Below are positions 47,647 to 64,000 of a DNA stretch of 64,000 nucleotides, one piece after another; positions within the stretch are counted from its first letter, which is position 1; each line of letters begins with the position of its first letter. The notes under the pieces are model-generated. The model was not told the DNA's origin. It worked only from the letters and a program-made list of their open reading frames with translations, and did not search any database. This stretch comes from the human T2T-CHM13v2.0 reference genome, Homo sapiens. The stretch lies in assembly GCF_009914755.1 (NCBI RefSeq), contig NC_060944.1. One strand, written 5' to 3'. Both the position numbers and the translations under genes were made by a program.

Positions 47647-50600
47647 TGTTTATTTTTTTCTTGTTGATTTGTTTGAGTTTGTTGTAGATTCTGGATATTA
47701 GTCCTTTGTCGATGTATAGATTTCAAAGATTTTCTCCCACTCTGTGGGTTGTATGTTTACTCTGCTGACTGTTCCTTTTGCTATGCAAAACCTCTTTAGT
47801 TTAATTAAGTCCCAGCTACTTATCTTTGTTTTTATTGCATTTGCTTTTGGGTTCTTGGTCATGAAATCCTTGACTAAGCCAATGTCTAGAAGGGTTTTTC
47901 CAATGTTATCTTCTAGAATTTTTATAGTTTCACGTCTTAGATTTAAGTCATTAATCCATCTTGAGATGATTTTTATATAAGGTGAGAGATGAGGATCCAG
48001 TTTCATTCTCCCACATGTGGCTAGCCAATTATCCCAGCACCATTGGTTGGAAAGGGTGTCCTTTCCCCACTTTATGTTTTTGTTTGCTTTGTTGAAGATC
48101 AGTTGGCTGTTAGTGTTTGGGATTATTTCTGGGTGCTCCATTTTGTTCCATTGGTCTATGTGCCTATTTTTATACCAGTACCATGCTGTTTTGGTGACTA
48201 TGGCCTTATCGTATTGTTTGAAATCAGGTAGTGTGATGCCTCCAGGTTTGTTCTTTTTGCTTAGTCTTGCTTTGGCTATGCACCCTCTTTTTTGGTTCCA
48301 TATGAATTTTAGAATTGTTTTTTCTAATTCTGTGAAGAATAATGGTGGTATTTTGATGGCGATTGCATTGAATCTGTAGATTACTTTTGGCAGTATAGTC
48401 ATTTTCACAATATTGATTCTACCCATCCATGAGCATGGGATGTGTTTCCATTTGTTTATGTCAGGTATGATTTATTTCACAGTGTTTTGTAGTTTTCCTT
48501 GTAGAGGTCTTTCGACTCCTTGGTTAAGTATATTCTTAAGTTGTTTTTTTTTTTTTTTTTTTTTTTTTGCAGCTATTGTAAAAGGGCTTGAGTTCTTGAT
48601 TTGATTGCTTGGTCACTGTTGGTGTATAGAAGAGCTACTAATCTGTGTACATTAATATTGTATCCAGAAACTTTGCTGAATTCATTTATCAGTTCTAGGA
48701 GCTTTCTGGAGGAGTCTTTAGGATTTTCCAGGTAAATGATTATATTGCCAGCAAACAGTGACAGTTCGACTTCCTCTTTACTGATTTGGATGCCCTTTAT
48801 TTCCTTCTCTTTCCTGATTGCTTTGGCTAGGACTTCCAGTACTATGTTGAAGAGAGATGGTGAGAGTGGGCATCCTTTTCTTGTTCCAGTTCTCAGAGGA
48901 AATGCTTTCAACTGTTCCCCATTCAGTATTATGTTGGCTGTGGGTTTGTCATAGATGGCTTTTATTACACTGAAGTGTGTCCCTTGTATGCTGATTTTGC
49001 TGAGAGTTTTAATCATAAAGGGATGCTGGATTTTGTTGAATCCTTTTTCTGCATCTATTGAGATGATCATATGATTTTTGTTTTTAATTCTGTTTATGTG
49101 GTGTATCACATTTATTGACTTGCATATGTTAAGCCATTCTTGCATCCCTGGTATGAAACCCACTTGATTATGGTGGATTATCTTTTTGATATGTTGTTGA
49201 ATTCAGTTACCTAGTATTTTGTTAAGGATATTTGCATCTATGTTCATCAGGGACATCGGTCTGTAGCTTTCTTTTTTGGTTATGTACTTTCCTGATTTTG
49301 GTGTTAGGGTGATGCTGACTTCATAGAATAAATTAGGGAGGGCTCTGTCTTTATCTTGTGGAATAGTGTCAAAAGAATTGGTATCAATTCTTTGAATGTC
49401 TTTTAGGATTCTGTTGTGAATCCTTTTGGTCCTGGAGTTTTTTTTTGTTGATAGTTCTTAAATTACCATTTCAATCTTGCTGCCTGTTATTCGTCTGTTC
49501 AGGGTATCTAATTCTTCCTGATTTAAGCTAGGAGGTTAGTAGTTTCCCATTGATTTATCTATCTCTTCTAGGTTTTCTAGTTTATGTGCATAAAGGTGTT
49601 CATAATAGTCTTGAATGATCTTTTGTATTTCACTGGTGTCAGTTGTGATATCTTCCATTTCCTTTCTTATTGAGGTTATTTGGATTTTCTCTCTTCTTGG
49701 TTAATCCTGCTAAAGGTCTATAAATTTTATTTATCTTTTCAAAGAACCAGGTTTTTGTTTCATTTATCTTTTGTATTTTTTTTTTGTTTCAGTTTCCTTT
49801 AGTTCTGCTCTGATCTTGGTTTTTTCCTTTCTTCTGCTGGGTTTGGGTTTGGTTTGTTCTTGTTTCTCTAGTTCCTTGAGGTGTGACCTTAAAATGTCAG
49901 GTTGTGCTCTTTCAGTCTTTTTGATGTAGGCTGAACACCAAAAAGAACTTTCCTCTTAACACCACCTTTGCCATATCACAGAGGTTTTGATAGGTTGTGT
50001 CACCATTGCCATTCAGTTTGGAGAATTTTTTAATTTTCATCTTGATTTCATTTTTGACCCCGTGATCACTCTGGAGCAGGTAATTTAATTTACATGTATT
50101 TCCATGGTTTTGAAGGTTTCTTTTGGAGTTGATTTCCAGTTTTATTCCACTGTGGTCTGAGAGACTGCTTGATATAATTTCAATTTTCTTAAACTTATTG
50201 AGGCTCATTTTTGTGGCCTATCACATTGTCTATCTTGGAGAAAGTTCCATATGCTGTTAAATAGAAGGTGTAGTCTGTGGTTATTTTATGGAATGTTCTG
50301 TATGTATCTGTTAAGTCAATTTGTTCCAGGGTCTAGTTTAAATCAATTGTTTCTTCATTGGCTTTCTGTCTTAATGACCTCTCTAGTGCTGTCAGTGGAG
50401 TATTGAAGTCTCCGATTATCATTGTGTTCGTGTCTATCTCATTTATTAGGTCTATTAGTAATTGTTTTATAAAATTGGGAGCTCCAGTGATAAGTGCATA
50501 TATGTTTAGGATTGTGATATTTTCCTGTTGGACAAGGCCTTTTACCATTATATAGTGTTCCTCTTTGTCTTTTTAAACTGCTGTTGCCTTAAAGTTTGCT

Positions 50601-51957
50601 TTGTCTGATATAAGAATAGATCCCCCTTCTCACTTTTGGTGTCCATTTGCATGAGATCCCTTCTTCCACACCCTTACTTTAAGTTTATGTGAGTCCTTAT
50701 GTGTTAGGTGAGTCTCTTGAAGGCACCAGATAGTTGGTTGGTAGATTCTTATTTATTCTGTGGTTCTGTATCTTTTAAGTGGTGCATTTAAGCCATTTAT
50801 ATTCAATGTTAGTATTGAGATGTGAGGTACCATTCCATTCACTGTACTATTTGTTCCCTGTGTATCTTGTTTTTTTGTTTTCACTTTTTAACTTGTATTT
50901 TTGTTTTATAAGTCCTGTGAGAGTTATGCTTTAAAGAGGTTCTGTTTTGGCTTGTCTCCAGGATTTTTTTTTTCAAGATTTAGAGATCCTTTTAGCAGTT
51001 CTTGTAGTGGTGGCTTGATAGTTGTGAATTCTCTCTACATTTGTTTCTCAAAACAGATTGTATCTTTCCTTCATATATGACACTTAGTTTCACTGGATAC
51101 AAATTTCTTGACTGACAATTATTTTGTTTGAGGAGCTGAAGATAGGGTCCCAATCCCTTCTAGCTTGCAGGGTTTCTGCTGAGAAATCTGATGTTAATCT
51201 GATAGGTTTTCCTTTATAGGTTACCTGGTGATTTTGTCTCACAGCTCTTAAGATGCTTTCCTTCATGTTAACTTTAGATAACTTGATGACAATGTGCCTA
51301 GGCAATTATTTTTTTGCAATAAATTTTCCAGGTGCTTCTTGTATTTGGATGTCTAGGTCTCTAGCAAGTCCAGGGAAGTTTTCCTTGATTATTCCCCCAA
51401 ATATATTTTCCAAACCTTTAGATTTTTCTTCTTCCTCAGAACACCAATTATTCTTAGCTTTGGTCACTTAACATAATCCCAGACTTCTTAGGGGCTTTGT
51501 TCATATTTTCTTATTTTTTTACTTTGTCTTTGTTGGTTTGAGTTAATTCAAAGACCTTGTCTTCAAGCTCTGAATTTCTTTCTTCTACTTATTCAATTCT
51601 ATTGCTGAGACTTTCCAGAGCATTTTGCATTTCTATAAGTGTGTTCAATGTTTTCTGAAGTTTTGACTGGTTTTTCTTTGTGCTATCTATTTCTTTGAAT
51701 ATTTTCCCCTTCACGTGTATCATTTTTTGAATTTCCTTGCACTGGGCTTCGTCTTTCTCTGGTGCCTCCCTGATTAACTTAATAACTAATTTCCTGAATT
51801 CTTTTTCAGGTAAATCAGGGATTTCTTCTTGGTTTGGATCCATTGCTGGTGAGCTAGTGTAACTTTCTGGAGGTGTTAAAGAGCCTTGTTTTGAAGGATA
51901 ATGTTGCTGAGTATGGAATTTGTGTCTGATAGTTTTTGTCTTTTATCCCTTTAAAAA

Positions 51958-53500
51958 TACCATCACTTCTATACACCAATAATATTCAAGCTGAGCACCA
52001 AATTAAGAACACAATCCCATTTGCAACAGCCACACACACAAAAATAAAATACCTAGGAATATATCTAAACAGGGGGATGAAATATTTCTACAAGGAGAAT
52101 TACAAAACAGAATTACAAAACACTGATGGAAGAGATCAAAGATGACACAAACAAATGCATAAACATTCTGTGCTCATGGATAGGAAGAATCAATATCATT
52201 AAAATGTCTATACTGCCCACAGTAATCTACAGATTCAATGCTATTCCTATCAAAGTACCAACATCATTTTTCACAGAATTAGAAAAAAAACTATTATAAA
52301 ATTCATATGGAATAAAAAAAGAGTCCAAATAGCCAAGGCAATCCTTAGCAAAACAATGAAGCATGCAGTATCACATTACCTGTCTTCAGATTATGCTACA
52401 GGACTGTGGTAACCAAAACAGGATGGTACTGGGACAAAAACAGAAACATAGACCAGTGGAACAGAATAGAGCACTCACATATAAAGCTGCAAACATACAA
52501 TCAATTGGTCTTTGACAAAGGTGACTAAACTAAGTAATGGGGAAAGGATGTCCTATTCAATAAATAATGCTGGGAAACTGGCTAACCATATGCAGAAGAA
52601 TGAAACTGGACCTTTACCTATCACCCTATACAAAAACTAACTCAAGATGGATTAAATACTTAAATGTAAGACCTAAAACTTTTGAAATTCTAGAAGAAAA
52701 CCAAGGAAATATTCTTTTAGGCATTGGCCTAGGCAAAGACCTCATGACTAACTCCTCAAAAACAAATGCAACAACAACAAAAAAAAATGGATGTAGGAGA
52801 CCTAATTAAACAAAAGCTTTTGCATGGCAAAAGAAACTGTCAAGGAGGGAAACAGATAACCTACAGATTATAAGAAAATATTTGCAAAATATGCATCTGA
52901 CAAAAGTCTAATGTCCAGAATATGTAAGGAACTTAAACAAATCAATGAGAAAAAAAAAAAACTCCATTAAAAAGTGGGCAAAGGACATGAACAGACACTT
53001 CTCAAAAGGAGACATGCATGTGGCCAAAAAATACATGGAAAAAAATGCTCATCATTACTAGTCATTAGAGAGATGCAAATCAAAACCATAATGAGATGCC
53101 ATCTCACACCAGTCACAATGATTATTACAAACAAGTCAATAAATAGGAGATGTTGGCAAGGGTGTGGAGAAAAGGGAATGCTTATACATTATTAGTGGTA
53201 ATGCAAATTAGTTCAAGCCTTGTGGAAGTCATTTGGAGGTTTTTCAAAGAGCTAAACAGAATTACCATTTGACTCAGCAATCCCATTATTGGGTATATAC
53301 CCAAGGAAAAATAAATTGTTCTACCAATAAGACACTTATACTCATGTTTAATGAAGCACAATTTACAGTAGCAAAGAAATGGAGTCAACTCAAGTGACCA
53401 TTAGTGGTGGATTGAATATAGAAAATGTGGTACATATACTCAATGGAATACTATGCAGTCATACAAATGAATAAAATCATGTCATTTGCAGCACCATGGA
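51958..53500 (+). mobile_element. L1PA15/16- or L1PB-like ORF2 3' fragment, truncated at both ends
   Basis: ORF2 C-terminal translations (52567-52809, 52974-53195); breaks off at 'gcagcaccatggaag' before the 3' UTR. Confidence 0.8.
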
Positions 53501-53506
53501 AGTAAA

Positions 53507-55664
53507 TCAACTCAAAATGCCAGAATAATTTTTTTCCTCCAAACTACTGCAGTACCTCTCCAGCAAGTGTTCTGAACCAGGCTGAGATGGTTGAAATGAC
53601 AGAAATAGAATTCAGAATATGGACAGGAACAAAGATCATTGAGATGCAAGAGTACATTGAAACCCAATCAAAGGAAGCTAAGAATCATGGTAAGACGTTA
53701 CAGGAACTAACAGACAGAATAGCCAGTATAGAAAAAAACATAAGCAATCTGGTGGAACTGAATACATACTACAAGAATTTCATAATGAAACCACAAATTT
53801 TAATAGTAGAATATATCAAGATGAGGAAAGGAACTCAGAGCTTGCAAACTGGCTTTATGAAATAAGACAGTCAGACAAGAATAGAGAAAAAAGAATGAAA
53901 AGAAATGTAGAAAACATCTGAGTAATATGGGATATGTGAAGAGACAAAATCCATGACTCATCGGTGTCCTTGAAAGACATGGGGAGAGTGTAAGTAACTT
54001 GGAAAATGTGTTTCAGGATATCGTCCGTGAAAACTTCCCCAACCTAGCTAGAGAGGCCAACACTGAAATTCAGGAAATGCAGAGAACTGTAGCAAGATAC
54101 TTCACAAGAAGATCATCCCCAATACACATAATTGTCAGATTCTCCAAGGTTGAAATGAAAGTAATAAATGTTAAAGGCAGGTAGAGAGAAAGGTCAGGTC
54201 ACCTACAAAGGGAAGCCCATCAAACTAAGAGCAGACCTCTCAGCCAGAAGAGAATGGGGGCCCATATTAAACATTCTTAAAGAAAAGATATTTTAACCCA
54301 GAATTTCATATCCAGCCAAACTAAACTTTATAAGTGAAGGAGAAATAAGATCTTTTTGAGACAAGCAAATGCTGAGGGAATTTATTACCACCAGACCTGC
54401 TTCCTGAAGGAAGCACTAAATATGGAAACACATTTATGTACACAGACCAGTGACACTGTAAAGCAACCATACAAACAAGTCAGACTAATAACCAGCTGAT
54501 ACCATGATGACAGGATCAAATTCACACATATCAATACTAACCTTGAATGTAAATGAGCTAAATATCCCAATTAAAAGGCACAGAATGGCAAGCTGGGTAA
54601 AGAACCAAGACCCATTGGTACACTTACTTCAAGGGACCCATTTCACAAGTGATGACACACATAGTCTCATAATAAAGAAATGGAGAAAAATCTACCGTTC
54701 AAATGGAAAACAGAAGAAAGCAGGGGTTGCAATCCTAGTTTCAGACAAAACAGACTTTAAACCAACAATGATCACAAAAGACAAAGAAGGGCATTACATA
54801 ATGGTGAAGGGTTCAATTCAACAAGAAGACCTAACTATCCTAGATATATATGCACCCAACACAGGAACACCTAGTTCTTAGAGACCTTCAAAGAGACTTA
54901 GACTCCCATAAAATAATAGTAGGAGACTTCAACACTCCACTGACAGTATTAGACAGATTATTGAGGCAGAAAATTAACAAAGATATCTAGGACCTGAACT
55001 CAGCATTGCATCAAATAGACCTGATAGACATCTACAGAACTCTTCACCCAAAACCGCAGAATATACATTCTTCTCATTGCCACATGGCACATTCTCTAAA
55101 GTCAACCACATAATCTGAGACAAAACACTTCTCAGCAAATTCAAAAGAACTGAAATTATAACAACCACTCTCTTGGACCACAGTGCATTAAAATTAGAGA
55201 CCAAGACTAAGAAAATCACCCAAAACCATACAATTAGATGGAAATTGAATAACCTACACCTGAATGACTTTTGGGTAATAATGAAATAATGAAATTAAGG
55301 CAGAAGTCAAGAAGTTCTTTGAAACTAATGAGAACAAAGATACAACATACCAGAATCTCTGGGACACAGTTAAGGCAGTGTTAAGAGGGAAATTTATAGT
55401 ACCAAATGCCCACATGAAAAAGCTAGAAAGATCTCAATTTAACAACTTAACATCACAACTAAAAGAACTAGAGAACTAAAAGCAAACCAAACCCAAAGCT
55501 AGTAGAAGACAAGAAATAACCAAAATTAGATCTGAACTGAAGGATAATGAGACACGAAAAGCCACTCTAAAGATAAACTAATCTAGAAGTTTGTTTTTTA
55601 AGAAAACTAATAAAATAGACTACTAGCTAGACTAATCAAAAAGAAAAGATAGAAAATCCAAATA
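53507..55664 (+). mobile_element. L1PA10-13-like host LINE-1, 5' part (ORF1 and ORF2 endonuclease region)
   Basis: ORF1-like EMTEIEFRIW (53587); ORF2 start MTGSNSHISILTLNVN (~54507); interrupted at 55665. Confidence 0.85.
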
Positions 55665-56683
55665 GGGCAGTCCATTCCAAGATGGCCAACTAGGAACAGC
55701 TCCGGTTTGCAGCTCCCAGCGTGATTGACGCAGAAGACAAGTGATTTCTGCATTTCCAACTGAGGTACCTGGTTCATCTCATTGGGACTGGTTGGAAAGT
55801 GGGTGCAGCCCATGGAGGGCAAGCCGAAGCAGGGTGGGGCATCATCTCACCCGGGAGGTGCAAGGGGTCAGGGGATTTCCCTTTCCTGGCCAAGGGAAGC
55901 CGTGACAGACTATAGAGGGAAAATCAGGACACTGCCACCTAAACACTGCGCTTTTCCAACGGTCTTAGCAAATGACACACCAGGAGATTATATCACGCAC
56001 CTGGTTCAGCGGGTCCCTACACCCACAGAGCCTTGCTCACTGCTAGTCCGAGATTTAACTGTGAGGCTTCAAGCCTGGCTGGGGGAGGGGCGTCCACCAT
56101 TGCTGAGGATTGAGTAGGTAAATAAAGCAGCCTGGAAGCTCAAACTGGGTGGAGCCCATTGCAGCTCACGGAGTCCTGCCTGCCTGTGTAGACTCCATCT
56201 GTGAGGGCAGGGCATAGCTGAACAAAAGGCAGCAGAAACTTATGCAGACTTAAACCTCCCTGTCTGACAGCACTGAAGAGAGCAGTGGTTCTCCCAGCAC
56301 AGTGTTTGAGCACTGAGAACGGATGGACTGCCCCCTCAAGTGGGTCCCTGACCCCCATGTAGCCTAAATTGGAGAAACCTCCCAGTGGGGGCCAACTGAC
56401 ACCTCATACAGCCAGGTGCCCCTCTGAGATGAAGCTTCCAGAGGAAGGATCAGGCAGCAATATTTGCTGTTTTGCAGCCTCCACGGGTGAAACCCAGGCA
56501 AAAAGGGTCTGGAGTGGACCTCCAGCAAACTCCAACAGACCTGCAGCTGAGGGAACTGACTGTGAGAAGGAAAACTAACAAACAGAAAGGAATAGCATCA
56601 ACATCAACAAAAAGGACATCCACACCAAAACCCCATCTATAGGTCACCAACATCAAAGACCAAAGGTAGATAAAACCACAAAG

Positions 56684-57710
56684 ATGGGGAGAAACAGGAG
56701 TAGAAAAGCTGAAAATACTAAAAACCAGAGTGCCCCTTCTTCTCCAAAGGATTACGGCTCCTCTCCAGCAATGGAACAAAGCAGGAAAGAGAATGACCTT
56801 GATGAGTTTACAGAAGTAGGCTTCAGAAAGTAGGTAATAACAAACTTCTCTGAGCTAAAGGAGGATGTTCAAACTCATTGCAAGGAAGCTAAAAACCTTG
56901 AAAAAAGATTGGACGAATGGCTAACTAGAATAAACAGTGTAGAGAAGACCTTAAGTGACCTGATGGAGCTGAAAACCATGGCACGAGAACTAAATGATAC
57001 ACGCACAAGCTTCGGTAGCCAATTTGATCAAGTGGAAGAAACGGTATCAGTGATTGAAGATCAAATGAATGAAATGAAGTGAGAAGAGAAGTTTAGAGAA
57101 AAAAAGAGTGAAAAGAAATGAACAAAGCCTACAAGAAATATGGGAGTACATGAAAAGACCAAATCTATGTCTGATTGGTGTACCTGAAAGTGACGAGGAA
57201 AATGGAACCAAGCTGGAAAACACTCTTCAGGATATTATCCAGGAGAACTTCCCCAACCTAGCAAGGCAGGTCAACATTCAAATTCAGGAAATACAGAGAA
57301 CACCACAAAGATGCTCCTTGAGAAAAGCAACCCCAAGACATATAATTGTCAGATTCACCAAGGTTGAAATGAAGGAAAAAATGCTAAGGGCAGCCAGAGA
57401 GAAAGGTTGGGTTACCCACAAAGGGAACCCCATCGGACTAACAGCAGCTCTCTTGGCAGAAACCCTACAAGTCAGAAGAGAGTGGGGGCCAATATTCAAC
57501 ATTCTTACAGAAAAGAAATTTCAACCGAGAATTTCATATCCAGCCAAACTAAGCTTCATAAGTGAAGGAGAAATAAAATCCTTTACAGACAAGCAAATGC
57601 TGAGAGATTTTGTCACCACCAGGCCTGCCTTACAAGAGCTCCTGAAGGAAGCACTAAACATGGAAAGGAAAAACTGGTACCAGCCACTGCAAAAACATGC
57701 TAAATTGTAA
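56684..57710 (+). pseudogene. Disrupted L1 ORF1p
   Basis: ATG at 56684; only 57108-57710 stays open (…NWYQPLQKHAKL*); premature stops upstream. Confidence 0.88.
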
Positions 57711-57773
57711 AGACCATCAATGCTAAGAAGAAGCTGCATCAACTAATGGGCAAAATAAGCAGCTAACATCATA

Positions 57774-61602
<3,829 letters not shown>

Positions 61603-61810
61603 ACAATCGGAACACTTGGACACAGGGCAGGGAACATCACACAGCGGGGCCTGTTGTGGGGTGGGGGGATGGGGGAGGGATAGCATTAGGAGAAATACCT
61701 AATGTAAATGATGAGTTAATGGGTGCAGCAAACCAACACGGCATATGTAACAAACCTGCACATTGTGCACATGTACCCTAGAACTTAAAGTATAATAGTT
61801 AAAAAAAAAA

Positions 61811-64000
61811 AGAAAATCCATATAAACGCAAGTAGAAATGACAAAGAGGATGTTACCACTGACCCCACAGATATACATATAGCCATCAGAGAATATTATG
61901 AACACCTCTATGCACACAAACTAGAAAATTTAGAAGAAATGAATAAATTTCTGGATATATACACACTCCCAAGACTGAATCAGGAAGAAACTGAATCCCT
62001 GAATAGATCAATAACAAGCTTTCAAATTGAATCAGTAATAAATAGCCTATCAACCAAAAAGAAGTCTGTGACCAAATGGATTCACAGCCAAATTCTACTA
62101 GGTGTAAAAGAACAGCTGATACCATTCCTACTGAAACTATTCCAAAAAATTGACGAGGGACTCCTACATAACTCTTTCTACAAGGCCAGCATCATCCTGA
62201 CACAAAAACTTGGCAGAGGAATAACAAAAAAGGAAACTTCAGGCACATATCCTTGATAAACATTGATGCAAAAATCCTCAACAAAATACTGGCAAACCGA
62301 ATCCAGCAGCACATCATAAAGCTTATCCACCATGATCAAGTAGGCTTTATCCCTGGGATGCAAGGGTGGCTCAACACACACAAATCAATAAGTGTGATTC
62401 ATCACATAAACCGAACTAAAGACAAAAACCACACCATTATCTCAATAGATTCAGAAAAGGCTTTCGATAAAATTCAACACCCTTTTATGTTAAAAACTCC
62501 AAATTAACTAGGCATTAAAGAAACATACCTCAAAATAATAAGAGCCATCTATGACAAACCCACAGACAACATCATACTGAGTGTGCAAAGCTGGAAGTAT
62601 TTCCCTCAAAAACTGGAACAAGATAAGGATGCCCTCTCTCACCACTCCTATTCGACATACTATTGGAAGTTCTGGCCACAGCGATCAGGCAAGAGAAAAA
62701 TAATAAAGGGCATCCAAATAGGAAAAGAGAAAGTCAAACTATTCCTGTTTTCAGATGACATGATCTTATATCTAGAAAACCCCATAGTCTAAGCCCAAAA
62801 GCTCCTTAAGCTGATAAACAACTACAGCGAAATCTCAGCATACAAAATCAATGTTCAAAAATCACTAGCAGTCCTATACCCCAACAACAGTCAAGCCAAG
62901 AGCTAAGCCAGGAACACAATACCATTCACAACTGCCACTAAAAGAATAAAATACTTAGAAATACAGCTAACCAGGGAGATGAAAGGTCTCTACAAGGAGA
63001 ACTACAAAACACTGCTCAAAGAAATCAGAGATGATGCAAACAAATAGATAAACATTACATGCTCATGAATAGGAAGAATTGATATCATTAAAATGGCCAA
63101 AGCAATTTATATATTCAGTGCTGTTCCTATCAATCTACTGAGGACATTCTTCACAGAACTAGACAAAAAATCTATTTTAAAATTCCTATGGAACCAAAAA
63201 AGAGCCCACAAAGCCAAGGCAATCCTAAGCAAAAAGAGCAAAGCTGGAGGCATCACACTATCCAACTTCAAACTATACTATAGGGCTGCAGTAGCCAAAA
63301 CAGCATGACACTGGTGCAAAAACAGACACATAGACCAATGGAACAGAATAGAGAGCTAGAAATAAGGCTGCACACCTACAACTACCTAATCTTTGACAAA
63401 CCTGACAAAAACAAGCAATGGGGAAGGATTCTCTATTCAATAAATGGTGCTGAGATAACTGGCTAGCCATATGCAGAGGATTGAAACTGGACCCCTTCTT
63501 TACACCACATAAAAAATTAAGGCAAAATGGATTAAAGGCTTAAATGTAAAACCCAAAACTATAAAAACCCTGGAAAACAAACTAGGCAGTACCCTTCTAG
63601 ATGCAGGAACAGACAAAGATTTCATGATGAAGATGCCAAGAGCAATTGCAACAAAAGCAAAAATTGACAAATGAGATCTAATTAAAGAGCTTCTGCACAG
63701 AAAAATAAACTATCAACAGAATAAACAGACAACCTACAGAATGGGAGGAAATTTTTGCAAACTATATAGTTGATGAAGGTCTAATATCCAGCATCTATAA
63801 GGAACTTAAGCAAATTTACAAGAAGAAACAACCAACCAACCCTATTAAAAAGTGAGAAAAGGACATGAACAAACATTTTTCTAAAGAAGACATACATATG
63901 ACCAACAATCATATGAGAAAAAGCTCAACATCACTGATTTAGAGAAATACAAATAGAAACCATGATGAGATACCATCTCACACCAGTCAGAATAGTTATT
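61811..64000 (+). mobile_element. L1PA10-13-like host LINE-1, continued ORF2 (runs off the window)
   Basis: Resumes where 55664 stopped ('...aaacgcaagtagaaatgacaaagaggatgttaccactgaccccacag'); RT motif LFSDDMILY at ~62740-62770. Confidence 0.88.

Overview
Primate (most likely human) nuclear DNA, AT-rich and repeat-dense, with no intact protein-coding gene that I can recognise. Bases 1-34,000 are unique sequence interleaved with old repeats: L1M, L2, MIR, MLT1/MLT2 LTRs, AluJ/S/Y and microsatellites. This part holds a candidate + strand terminal exon (~4.84-5.1 kb), candidate - strand exons of a spliced, probably non-coding transcript (~9.05-11.4 kb), a CpG-retaining promoter-like motif cluster (~21.9-22.1 kb) and a HOX/PBX/MEIS-type enhancer candidate (~28 kb). 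Bases 34,000-64,000 are an almost continuous nested LINE-1 cluster: two L1PB-type copies on -, old L1M pieces, and an L1PA10-13-type host on + that is split by a full-length ~6.1 kb L1PA5-type insertion with a target-site duplication (TSD). All L1 ORFs are disrupted. Nearly all ORFs in the supplied track are repeat-derived or chance. I see no evidence for a new multi-gene system. The most notable items are the unannotated-looking exon/promoter signals, a 5'-only L1 with a TSD, and several template-switch palindromes. Subfamily calls come from remembered consensus sequences, not from a search.
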